Below, in pieces: positions 20,312-30,789 of a stretch of 32,226 nt of DNA. How positions within the stretch are numbered: position 1 is the first letter of the stretch; every line of letters starts with the position of its first letter. The stretch is from Octopus bimaculoides (Eukaryota). A program made the translations under genes and the position numbers. Below the pieces are notes generated by a model. The model had not been told where the DNA came from. It was given only the letters and a program-made list of their open reading frames with translations, and did no database searches. The stretch spans positions 9,027,571 to 9,059,796 of the forward strand of contig NC_068992.1 in the NCBI RefSeq assembly GCF_001194135.2, written 5' to 3'.

Positions 20312-22234
20312 AATATATTTGGTTTATGTATTTTTTAATCATGACTCTCTCTCATCTATTTTCATTATATATGTGTAGGTAATGAACAGAAGAAATTTTA
20401 AATCTATTTTGAGTTATTCTGAAAATGGTCGTTATGTGTTTAATTTAAATGTTTATGTCAAATGGTTGATTTGTAGTACAAATATAAGAGACACTGCTGA
20501 CATTTCTAACAGTTTGTCCCTCGACATTTTATATGAAAGTCACAAATAAACTGGAATTTAAAGACATGTGATTTTTAAGAATGAATCAGGTTAAATCCAG
20601 TTGTTCCTGTTATTAAAGCAGGCTTTTGACATAGATAAGTTGTTGATTTTAGGAATGATTCATATGTATTGAATCCTGGACATATCATGTGCCTTTCTCG
20701 TGAATGCCTGAACTAAAGATGGCAGCGGCAGGGGGCAATTGTTTCTTGGCACTCTTGTCACACAACTAAGAAGGGCAGGGTTGGTGTAATCAACTATCTC
20801 TGCTTCCCCAAATAATTGTTGGCCTTGCGCCAAAATTTGAAACCATTATGAATTATATTTAATATTGCTAATGCTATTTTATGTATTTATTTCTGCAGCT
20901 CAATATCTAACTCATTTCTGCACATGCAAATACGTATTATCTTGTAATTAATCACCTAAATGTTACTGGAAGACCATTGGTACAGGATTATGCAGCTATT
21001 TGTTTAAAAAAAGCTGTATAAGCTATTTACTAAGAGAAGTTTGTAGTTGTTACAGACATTTTGCCTAAGAATGTTTTAAGCTGATCTGGATGCACCATAG
21101 GTACCTCAGTTTCTATGTAAATCATTGATTGAACAGACTAACCTAAACAATGAGAAAATCTCAGTTGTGTCCATAATAATTAGGCTAATTGGCAATTATT
21201 ATAACAAACTGATTTATAATTGAAATGTTTGTTTATTTGCTATAGGGCAAATAACAGTTTGAACATTTATAATTAACTAATTTGTAACCAAATTCTTTTG
21301 ATCAAAGCATTTCTACAGTCACAAATTTACAAAATGAAGATTAGATTGAATGAGAAGAAAACTTTTCATCAAATAATGGATTGATGAGCATGAATAAAGG
21401 ATATAGTTTTGTATCAGCTTTGTTTTTGTTATTTACTTATAGATACAGTAAAATATATATTTATTTATATTTTTGATTTGATAACCATGTACTGAATTTT
21501 ATCTAGGGGATTGATATTTCCCTACTTACCTGTGATAAAACTGCAGATAAATTTAAATAAGTGGGTACAAGGTATGGAGAGGTTTAGAGATCAGGAAAAT
21601 GTTGCACATCTATCTAAATTGAATACAGAACAAAAAATATACTGAGTGTTATACTTTGAAACTCAGTGATAACAAAGAAGTAAGATCACTTTGATGACAT
21701 TTATATGCAATGAAATCATTACTATAACAATGCATTGCAGCGAGAGGGAGCAATGTGTTCTCAAAAATATAGAGTGATCAGCATTCTCAAATATAAACCA
21801 TTTAAATTTTGATAAAACCAGGACATATGAAAGTTTAGGTCAGCTGTTAATGGAGTTTTATAAGTATTTTTTATGAACCAGAAGAACTTCCTCTGACTGC
21901 TTGATGAAACTTAGTTTCAGGATTTAAAATGTTGGAATTTTTTTTATTGTATGTAAAGTGGGATGTGACTAATTCAAATGTAATGTTTTCGTTATGAAGA
22001 GCTCAACCAAAAATAGAAATGTAGATGAGAGCACCGATGATTATGCTTTATATATAATTTGTTTAATGCTAGTAATGAGCTTATATCTAAGCGTATAACA
22101 CACAACAAAGTTGAAAGTAATGCTCAAAATATTTGCAAAGACCTTTGCATGCACATCAGTGTTAGCACAAAGCATATCCTGTTATTTAAAGAAATACAAA
22201 AAGAAAATGTGCTATGGCATCAGTTAGATTTGTG

Positions 22235-22470
22235 AAGTTGTGTGGCCTAGTGATTAGGATGTTGCACTCAAGATCAAAAAATTATAGTTTTAATTCCCAA
22301 ACTGGACAGTACATTGTGTTCTTGAGCGAAATACTTCATTTCACACTGTTCCAGTTCACTTAGCTGCAAATGAGTAATCCTGCAATAAACAACTGACATC
22401 CCATTCAAGAGGAGTGATCTTGGTTACTTATGTGCTACGGAAACTGAGTGACTGGCCTCGCGAGTCGGAG
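22235..22470 (+). mobile_element. Degenerate tRNA-derived SINE with V-domain-like block
   Basis: GTGGCCTAGTGATTAGG A-box-like start; TTGTGTTCTTGAGCGAAATACTTCATTTCAC; ...GCAAATGAGTAATCCTGC. Confidence 0.6.
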
Positions 22471-22607
22471 AACTTGAGACAATAACATCCATCAATTTAA
22501 TTGTAATGATGTTTGTCAGTAGCAAAACAACAACTGGTTTGCATATGCATATTTCATACTGGAAAAGAGCAAAGAAGTTGAGAGAAATTTTGTGTTTGCT
22601 AGCAATC

Positions 22608-22752
22608 GAGTGGCTGTGTGGTAAGTAGCTTGCTTACCAACCATATGGTTCCGGGTTCAGTCCCACTGCGTGGCACCTTGGGCAAGTGTCTTCTACTATA
22701 GCCTAAGCCGTCCAAAGTGGATTTGGTAGACGGAAACTGAAAGAAGCCCGTC

Positions 22753-22806
<54 letters not shown>

Positions 22807-23015
22807 TGTGTGTCTGTGTTTGTCCCCCACAACATCGCTTGACAATTGATGCTGGTGTGTTTACGTCCCCGTAACTTAGCAGTTTGGCAGAAGAGACCAA
22901 TAGAATAAGTACTAGGCTTACAAAGAATAAGTCCTAAGGTCGATTTGCTCGACTAAAGGCGGTGCTCCAGCATGGCCACAGTAAAATGACTGAAAGAAGT
23001 AAAAGAGTAAAAGAG
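22608..23015 (+). mobile_element. Full-length young SINE family A with internal (TA)/(TG)n microsatellite
   Basis: Inverted counterpart of 13223-13666; ends AAGTAAAAGAGTAAAAGAG. Confidence 0.93.
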
Positions 23016-23443
23016 AATGGATAATATGTCAGTGACAAATAATTGTTATTCATGTGCATGTGAACTGATGAAAGGGTTGGCTTTGTTTCATTTAATGTTT
23101 CTACCGGAAGCTTTGTACAAGAAAGCTACTCTTCTCGAATTCACTTCAGAATCAGTCGCCTATACTTGAAATTGCTCNNNNNNNNNNNNNNNNNNNNNNN
23201 NNNNNNNNNNNNNNNNNNNNNNNNNNNNNNNNNNNNNNNNNNNNNNNNNNNNNNNNNNNNNNNNNNNNNNNNNNNNNNNNNNNNNNNNNNNNNNNNNNNN
23301 NNNNNNNNNNNNNNNNNNNNNNNNNNNNNNNNNNNNNNNNNNNNNNNNNNNNNNNNNNNNNNNNNNNNNNNNNNNNNNNNNNNNNNNNNNNNNNNNNNNN
23401 NNNNNNNNNNNNNNNNNNNNNNNNNNNNNNNNNNNNNNNNNNN

Positions 23444-23548
23444 TCCTCCTCCTCCTCCACTACACCTTCCTTCTCCTCCTCCTCCTCCTCCTCCACTACA
23501 CCTTCCTCCTCCACTACACCTTCCTCCTCCGCTACACCTTCCTCCTCC
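23444..23548. repeat. CT-rich 18-bp-unit repeat (CTCCACTACACCTTCCTC) next to a gap
   Basis: Read directly; it produces the spurious EEEGVV ORF. Confidence 0.9.
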
Positions 23549-23638
23549 ATGGAGCTTTTAGGTGTTTTCGCTCAATAAACACTCACAACGCCTGATCGCG
23601 AGTCCGCTGCCCTAACCACTGGGCCATTGCGCCTCCAC
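23549..23638 (-). mobile_element. SINE family C head with ~30-bp internal deletion removing the B-box
   Basis: Minus strand is identical to 6073-6114, then jumps to GGCGTTGTGAGTG. Confidence 0.9.
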
Positions 23639-24541
23639 GCTTTAACAATAACATGGTGAATTTCAAACCCCATATGGAGTAACTAAGACTAAATTATCAA
23701 TATGTCTTATTTTCTTGTACAATAGAAGTGTGTGATTTGAGAAAAATTTGGTTGTAACTTTCAGCAGATTACATGACCGCATAAAAAACAATGATGTTTA
23801 ATGCTTTGGTCTGATTTCTTACAGTCTTCTATACTTCAAGTATGTATTAGTACAGTTTCTGATTAATGTAAAACTGAAAGAAACCTTTGTTTTTTTTTTT
23901 TCCTCTGTCTCAGAAACTTGGCAACAAAAATCACTTCAAGCAGTGAAGCCTTCAACAATTGAATAAATATATGAATAAAATAGATAATTCAAGTAAGAAA
24001 TATGATCTGAGCAATATTGGGAAAAAGGAAATAAGATAAAAATGGTTAAAGACTGGAATAAATATTTTTTCTTTAACTCTTTCCGTTCAGTGTCTAAAAC
24101 ATAAATATATATGCAACTGAAGAAATTGATTATGGTAATAGCTTTATATATATATATATTGTATTATCATCATCATCATCATTATTATTATCATTATCAT
24201 TATTACTAAAAAAAAAATTATTATTATCTAAAACAGTTTGATTCAGCTCCATGGGACTTAAAGTTTTGCAGGCTTCTAACAGAAACTGGTCTCATTCAGG
24301 TTGAGACTACCAAATGAAGAAACACAAGAAGTCCTAGATGGCGACAGGAAGTCCAAGATGACTACTGGAAAATGGGCTGCTATTGGTCACACACACTCAC
24401 CAGCCTCGCTTCTGTCATCTCTCAGACACTAAGATGCCACCAGCTTCCTCTCTAGCTATGCAGCCCAAGAAATTTTCCTATCTAACACATCTGGTGTCAC
24501 TGGATTGATGATCTCACCTTAAACCACACCATGTAATCCAC

Positions 24542-24813
24542 CTCGTTGCAAAGAAAGCAAAGATGGTAAGATACGAGCAAAGAATGAAGGGTTACCACCA
24601 GAATAGGTTATTCAGCGTAGATCAGAAGAGATTCTATAAAGAAATAAATGGAGAGTGTACAGATGAAAAGTTGATGCCAGATAACAATGAAAGTCAAAGG
24701 TTTTAGAGTGACATCTGGAGCAAAGACAAGGAGCACAAGAAGGATGCTGAATGGTTGCAAGAACTGAAACAAACAGTAGTCTGTCCAAAACAGGCAGAAC
24801 TAGTCATTACAGT
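24542..24813 (+). mobile_element. R4/Dong-like (restriction-endonuclease-type) non-LTR retrotransposon ORF fragment
   Basis: LVAKKAKMVRYEQRMKGYHQNRLFSVDQKRFYKEINGECTDEKLMPDNNESQRF*SDIWSKDKEHKKDAEWLQELKQ matches the recalled pre-RT pattern RY..R..QY.QNRLF..NQK.FY..L....P...E..KFW..IW....HN..AEWL. One TGG>TAG stop. Confidence 0.75.
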
Positions 24814-24844
24814 TATCTTCAATCAACAACCTCACGCTATTGTG

Positions 24845-25035
24845 TACTGTGCGACATCTATAATAACATTTTGTCAGTTTTTATGTTCTGAATTCAAATT
24901 CTGCCATGGTCCACTTTGCCTTTCATCCTTTTGGGGTTGATAAAATAAGTACCAGTTGAGCACTTGAGTTGATGAAATCAATTTCACCCCTCCCCTGAAA
25001 CTGCTGGCCTAGTGCCAAAATTTGAAACCAATATT
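24845..25035 (+). mobile_element. SINE family B copy
   Basis: TTCTGAATTCAAATTCTGCC...CTTTGCCTTTCATCCTTTTGGGGTTGATAAAATAAGTACCAG...CCAAAATTTGAAACC. Confidence 0.85.
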
Positions 25036-26556
25036 ATTAGATTGTCACTCAGAGAAAAAAATAAAAGTAATAGAGTAAAAAATTACAATGTAAAAGTATA
25101 ACATCGGATGTTGTCCTTCATTGGATATGAGAAGAAAGTCCAGGAAAGACAGGGAAGAGAAAGAAGAAAGACAGATAGAAGAAAGTCCAGGAGAGACAAG
25201 GAAGAGAAAAAAGAAAGACAGGAGACGAAAAAGAGTAAGAAAACCAGGAAAAAAAAAAAACCAAAACAAAAAACACATGATCAATTTTCTTCGGCTGTAT
25301 ATGTATTTATGTTTTTGATTTTTGCCTGAACTGAAAGAGTTAAAGAAAAAAATTATCATTCCAGTCTTTAATCATTTTTTTTTTATTTCTTCCTTTGCCA
25401 CAATATTGCTCAGATCACATTTCTTACTTGTGTTATCTATTTTATTCATATATTTATTTAATTGTTGAAGACTTCACTGCTTGAAGTGATTCTAGTTGCC
25501 AACTCTCTGAGTCAGGAAAAATTATGGCTTCTTTTCAGAGTTTTACAGTTCCATTAATCAGAGAATGTTCAGGTACCTGCTCTGAACACAAAAACACAAC
25601 ATTAAACATGAGCTTGTGTGGTCTCCTTATCTGCTAGAAATTACAACCAAATTTTCCTCAAATCACACACTACTCTTGTAAAAATGAAAACAAAATAGTA
25701 TATTGGATAATGTAGTCCAAATAACACTTTGAGTGAGGAAAAAATCCCAAGAAGATAGGATAATCACTGGATTATTACTGGGCTGACCTCGGTTTAAAGA
25801 ATAATAATCATAGCAAGATTTACAATGCTGCACAGAGAGCATGTTCAGAACTCTGTGGTTGTGAAATGAGCATTTAACCTACACATTTATGTCATGTATG
25901 CTATGGCCACTCTATGACCAGACATTAACTTTTTTACCTTAATATATATATATATANNNNNNNNNNNNNNNNNNNNNNNNNNNNNNNNNNNNNNNNNNNN
26001 NNNNNNNNNNNNNNNNNNNNNNNNNNNNNNNNNNNNNNNNNNNNNNNNNNNNNNNNNNNNNNNNNNNNNNNNNNNNNNNNNNNNNNNNNNNNNNNNNNNN
26101 NNNNNNNNNNNNNNNNNNNNNNNNNNNNNNNNNNNNNNNNNNNNNNNNNNNNNNNNNNNNNNNNNNNNNNNNNNNNNNNNNNNNNNNNNNNNNNNNNNNN
26201 NNNNNNNNNNNNNNNNNNNNNNNNNNNNNNNNNNNNNNNNNNNNNNNNNNNNNNNNNNNNNNNNNNNNNNNNNNNNNNNNNNNNNNNNNNNNNNNNNNNN
26301 NNNNNNNNNNNNNNNNNNNNNNNNNNNNNNNNNNNNNNNNNNNNNNNNNNNNNNNNNNNNNNNNNNNNNNNNNNNNNNNNNNNNNNNNNNNNNNNNNNNN
26401 NNNNNNNNNNNNNNNNNNNNNNNNNNNNNNNNNNNNNNNNNNNNNNNNNNNNNNNNNNNNNNNNNNNNNNNNNNNNNNNNNNNNNNNNNNNNNNNNNNNN
26501 NNNNNNNNNNNNNNNNNNNNNNNNNNNNNNNNNNNNNNNNNNNNNNNNNNNNNNNN

Positions 26557-26726
26557 TATCATCATCATCATCATCATCATCATCATCGTCTAACGTCCGC
26601 TTTCCATGCTGGCATGGGTTGGACGATTTGACTGAGGACTGGTGCAACCGGATGGCTGCACCAGGCTCCAATCTAATTTGGCAGAGTTTCTACAGCTGGA
26701 TGCCCTTCCTAACGCCAACCACTCAT
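26557..26726 (-). mobile_element. Young family D 3' fragment with (GAT)n tail running into a gap
   Basis: Reverse complement closely matches 7900-8059. Confidence 0.9.
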
Positions 26727-26740
26727 ATATATATACATAT

Positions 26741-26960
26741 AGCTACTGTTATTTCATCACTAGTTGGTGGATGATTAAGCTGGTAGATAACAGGTGACTG
26801 TGCCTGTCCTTCAATAACAGCAGGACTTACTACAACCTCATGGTTCAAGACTTTGCTAAAATGTTGTACCACCTGGCCATGATTTTGTTTGACTTGTGCA
26901 GCAGCACATTGCCAGTCTTTGCTTGCAGATGTACAAAGACAGAAGAAAGAGGACTTTTAA
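26741..26960 (-). mobile_element. RTE-clade LINE fragment, linker between endonuclease and RT
   Basis: KTGNVLLHKSNKIMARW / QHFSKVLNHEVVVSPAVIEGQAQSPVIYQLNHPPTSDEITVA (one frameshift) resembles RTE/BovB IL.RW.EHF..VLN.....L..PPT.EE...A. Confidence 0.65.
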
Positions 26961-27029
26961 GTTTTTCTTTTTTTTTTTTTTCTTAGGGTGTGTCATTTTA
27001 TTTCTTTTAATAGCAATACTTTTTATATC

Positions 27030-27330
27030 ACCCCACCTCCCTTTTTTGAGTGTTTTTTTTCTTAGTTACACATTCAATATTTTTTCCATTTGGCATCCAC
27101 TTCATACATTTTCTTTTTCTTATGCTTGTGTACCTGAGTTCAATCACCTGTAGTGGCACTGGTACTTGAAAAGTATCATATAACCATTCCATTGGTTCTT
27201 CCATTCTCTTGGGTTTGCTTTCAATGAATCTTTTTTACAGTTGGTTCATGTGTCTCTTGTATATGCCTTTTCTACTTTTTACCAAGTATAGCATTTTTCC
27301 TATGCATTTGGTAAGCACATCATCTTCCTG
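27030..27330 (-). mobile_element. Gypsy pol C-terminus plus polypurine tract remnant
   Basis: EDDVLTKCIGKMLYLVKSRKGIYKRHMNQL*KRFIESKPKRMEEPMEWLYDTFQVP resembles the integrase tail W..G.I.K.IG...Y.V.....RH.NQL. It is followed by AAAAAAGGGAGGTGGGG|TG at ~27030-27047. Confidence 0.7.
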
Positions 27331-28199
27331 ACTTACATGCATGTGTGTATGTATGTGTGTACATACAATCAACTAATATGAAAAGAATTTAATTGAGATT
27401 TTAGTAATAAATAGAAGGGAAATTTTACACTCAGTACTTCTGATGACATTCTGTTCTGTTTGCATAACATAAGTAGAAGTCCACAAGATTAAAAAAAAAA
27501 AAAAGATAAATAAATAAAATAAAAGAAATTTGTGTCTTCAATACTGGTTGGTCCACTTTTGCCAGTGATTCCTATCAATATTCAAACAAAACCAAACCCG
27601 CTGATTTTTGGGTGGATGAAGGGTAAAGTTTTTAGAATTGCTGTCGTTGTTTAACAGACCCCCACCCCACCACACCTTACCCTCATCACCAGTCTCAGGT
27701 CTGACCATGATTTCATCTCACTTGTGTGCTTTTTGGAATAATCATTCACACTGACCTTCCTCTTTTAATGAAGTCATAAAAAAAAGACAAACGAGGCTAG
27801 GTCCACATTTTCACTTGTGATCTGCTCACATTAAAATGACTGAGTGTAATTCAAGGAAGATTTCACTATCATTTCTAGTAGGTCAAGTGGACTGATTGTT
27901 TGGGCATATAATTTTAACTACTCATTAAACTCCCCACTACCTCCACCTTCCACTCTCCTTTCACAATCTCCTGAACTCACCCACCCACTCTTCCTTTCCA
28001 TTCTACAGTTCACTTCATTACATACATCCCTCTGACCCCTCTCTGTCACTTCTTTGCCTTCTCTTTCTCCTCTCTGTCTTTTCTATTTCCCCAATCTCTT
28101 TCTGCCTGAGGTGGCTGTTTCCTCTCTAATGCAAAACACCTTTATCTGTCCCTCTGTACGACTCTCCTCATCTCCGTTGAAGGGGTTTTGTCTTTCAAG

Positions 28200-28480
28200 T
28201 AACTTTGCGGCCTCATTACTGCTGGTGTCATGTCAATTGCACCAAGTACACTTTGTAAAGTGGTTGACATTAGAAAGGGCATCCAGACATAGAAACCATT
28301 CCAAAACAGACAGCAGAGCTTGGTGCAGTCTTCTGATTTGCTACTTCCCGTTGAAACATCCAACCTATGCAAGCATGGAAATGGACGTTAAATGATGCTG
28401 ATGATGACGACGATGACGATGGTGGTGGTGGTGTTGGTGGTGTTGATGATGATGATGGTGATGATGATGATGATGAAGTG
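28200..28480 (+). mobile_element. Family D copy with expanded GAT/GGT tail
   Basis: GGTTGACATTAGAAAGGGCATCCAG...CCAACCTATGCAAGCATGGAAATGGACGTTAAATGATG. Confidence 0.8.
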
Positions 28481-28491
28481 GATAGGGAGTA

Positions 28492-28620
28492 TCCGAAAAG
28501 GATGAAAAGTAAAGTTGATCTCAGTAGCATTTGAACCCAAAGAATAAAAGAGCTGGAAGGAATTCCACTCAGCATTTTGTCCAACCTGCTAATGATTCTT
28601 CCAGCTCTTTGCTCTATTTC
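28492..28620 (-). mobile_element. Degenerate SINE family B
   Basis: CCGAAAAGGATGAAAAGTAAAGTTGATCTCAGTAGCATTTGAACCC. Confidence 0.65.
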
Positions 28621-29459
28621 TTGCAATGAATATTGGTATCTCTTGTCCAAGTGTTAAATTGTTTTTTATGAGATTAAGCTTTTTTCCCCAATATTGCAGC
28701 TAACAAAAACTAATTCCATTTTCTTAATTTTTTTTCAGTTTTATTATGTTCTTTTATTTATGTACATTTTGATATATTTATTTATTTACTTATTTACTAT
28801 CAATGGAGTTGATTCAGTAATTCCCACATTTTTCAGAACACACCAAAAACAAATGTGCCTAAAATAATGAAATAGTAAAGTTGAATTTTGCAACTTGTTC
28901 GCTAGAAACCATTACATAGTTGAAAAATTATTGTGCAGTCAATCCAAGATTTCTTCATTATCTTGTAATGACTTTTTTTTTTTTTTTTTGGTTAGATTAG
29001 TTGTTCAACACATCTTGCAATAAACATTCTAATTTCACTTGTAAAAAAAAAAAAAACTTATTTGTTCAGAAACAAAATAATTAAAAAATTCTTTTTTTTT
29101 TTTTAATACAAAATGTAATGGACTTATTTATGAATTCACATTCCTTGTAGCATTATTAATTTTGTTCATTTATTTGACATTTATCAGGTGGCATTCGCAA
29201 ATTCTTGATGTACAATGATACTTCGAAACATTTAATGAGGAGGTTTTTTTTTGGACAGTTTTCGATGATGCCAATTACAAAACAGTTCTTGAAAATTCTT
29301 ACGTAATAACCACCTCATTTTTCTATACAAATAAGAAATCCATTACGCATGCACACACATACATGCATCAACAAGTACATACACACACACACAACACACA
29401 AAATTATCATTATTGTTCTCCTCCTTCATCTCCTCCTCCTCCTCCTCCTCCTGATTTTC

Positions 29460-29640
29460 ATCATCATTGTCGGCATCATTGCTTAACATTCACTTTTCCA
29501 TGCTTCTATGAGTCAGATGGAATTCACTGAGGCAGATTTTTCTACAACCGGCTGCCACCCCTGTTGCCAACCCTCATCTATTTCCAAGCAAGATGATATT
29601 TCTCCTTGGTCAGACATGCTCTTCACAGAAGACTGGAAAT
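29460..29640 (-). mobile_element. Degenerate family D-related 3' fragment
   Basis: TTAACATTCACTTTTCCATGCTT...TTTCTACAACCGGCTGCCACCCCTGTTGCCAACCCTC. Confidence 0.65.
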
Positions 29641-29689
29641 AAACAATATCAGGAACTCATTTAAAACTATCACATGATGTCAAAACAAG

Positions 29690-29739
<50 letters not shown>

Positions 29740-30071
29740 NNNNNNNNNNNNNNNNNNNNNNNNNNNNNNNNNNNNNNNNNNNNNNNNNNNNNNNNNNNNN
29801 NNNNNNNNNNNNNNNNNNNNNNNNNNNNNNNNNNNNNNNNNNNNNNNNNNNNNNNNNNNNNNNNNNNNNNNNNNNNNNNNNNNNNNNNNNNNNNNNNNNN
29901 NNNNNNNNNNNNNNNNNNNNNNNNNNNNNNNNNNNNNNNNNNNNNNNNNNNNNNNNNNNNNNNNNNNNNNNNNNNNNNNNNNNNNNNNNNNNNNNNNNNN
30001 NNNNNNNNNNNNNNNNNNNNNNNNNNNNNNNNNNNNNNNNNNNNNNNNNNNNNNNNNATATATATATATAT

Positions 30072-30110
30072 ACTAGCAACTAAACCCGGTTTCACCCGGT
30101 CTGTTTGGAT
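30072..30110 (+). mobile_element. Helentron/DINE-like left end
   Basis: ACTAGCAACTAAACCCGGTTTCACCCGGT directly after (TA)n, paralleling position 409. Confidence 0.4.
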
Positions 30111-30150
30111 GATGTGGCTGTGATCGTTTTCGGTTAGGCATAATCTATAA

Positions 30151-30200
30151 CAGTGTTTCTCAACCTTATCATTTCGGGTCCCCTGTTTCGATTGGAGCCT
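30151..30200 (+). mobile_element. hAT-Charlie-like left TIR
   Basis: CAGTGTTTCTCAACCTT preceded by ATCTATAA, which resembles the NTCTAGAN target. No matching right end was found. Confidence 0.45.
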
Positions 30201-30231
30201 CTGGCTGTATGAAGATTTCATCACCTCCTGA

Positions 30232-30335
30232 GGCTACACCAAAAGACACTTGCCCAAGGTGCCATGCAGTGGAACTGAACCCAGAACCATGTGGTTGGGA
30301 AGCAAGTTTCTTACCACACAGCCCTGCCTGTGCCT
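30232..30335 (-). mobile_element. SINE family A head
   Basis: AAGACACTTGCCCAAGGTGCCATGCAGTGGAACTGAACCCAGAACCATGTGGTTGGGAAGC. Confidence 0.85.
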
Positions 30336-30789
30336 ATGTTGAATTTTGTTTTTAGCAGCATGGCCCACCTGATGATGAGTCGAGTCTTATGCAAACTGCT
30401 TCTCAAAAGCAGTTGCTCATACCTTCTTTACATGTGTATTCAAGAAATAGCAGCCAAATTTTCCTCAAATCACAACCAACAAGATACTTTTGATAATGAA
30501 TTCCTAAGTGCACTTTTGTTTCAAGGAAAGTGTTGGAATAGTCACTTCTGGAATGCCTTATTTTAATGGCTTGGTCAGAGGAAGAAGGGCATTACACAAG
30601 ATCTTTTTCAAGGCTGCCAAGGCTCGTGGGAAGAAAAAAGGATGTTAACAGGAGACCTAACCCAAATAGTCATAACAAAATAAACCCTACGAAGGTACCC
30701 GGATGCAAAACGGTATTGAACTGAAAATGAGGGGTTAATATAATCATAGAACAGCAGCACCACAAGAATTACTGGTATTTCTTAAATTT

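Larger units (their letters stand above)
18053..20520 (+). repeat. Old degenerate tandem array of five ~340-380-bp units, interrupted by TE insertions
   Basis: The landmark (T)CTATTTTGAG(T/C)TATTTTGAAAATAGC...TTGATC recurs at ~18079, 18460, 19590, 19920 and 20403. Unit 2 is split by ~900 bp of inserted DNA. Confidence 0.8.
23687..25718. repeat. Inverted duplication: arms 23687-24133 and 25276-25718, spacer ~1.14 kb
   Basis: Collinear reverse-complement match, e.g. ATCACTTCAAGCAGTGAAG(C/T)CTTCAACAATT, GATCTGAGCAATATTG, TTAAAGACTGGAAT and TTAACTCTTTC. Roughly 75-85% identity by eye. Confidence 0.9.

Noticed and set aside
20031-20342. 20-bp array as a CRISPR, and the ORF through it
   Set aside because: Units are contiguous with no unique spacers, there are no cas genes, and the context is eukaryotic. 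The ORF is a by-product of the repeat.
23444-23550. Glu-rich EEEGVV protein
   Set aside because: Translation of a CT-rich simple repeat beside a gap; its ATG falls at the junction with a SINE fragment.
25045-25359. Lys/Arg-rich and Phe/Ser-rich ORFs
   Set aside because: Purine-rich low-complexity tract containing a ~46-bp tandem duplication.
28270-28650. 126-aa ORF with Ser/Pro tract
   Set aside because: Composed of a family B SINE, a GAT/GGT tail and a family D element read antisense.
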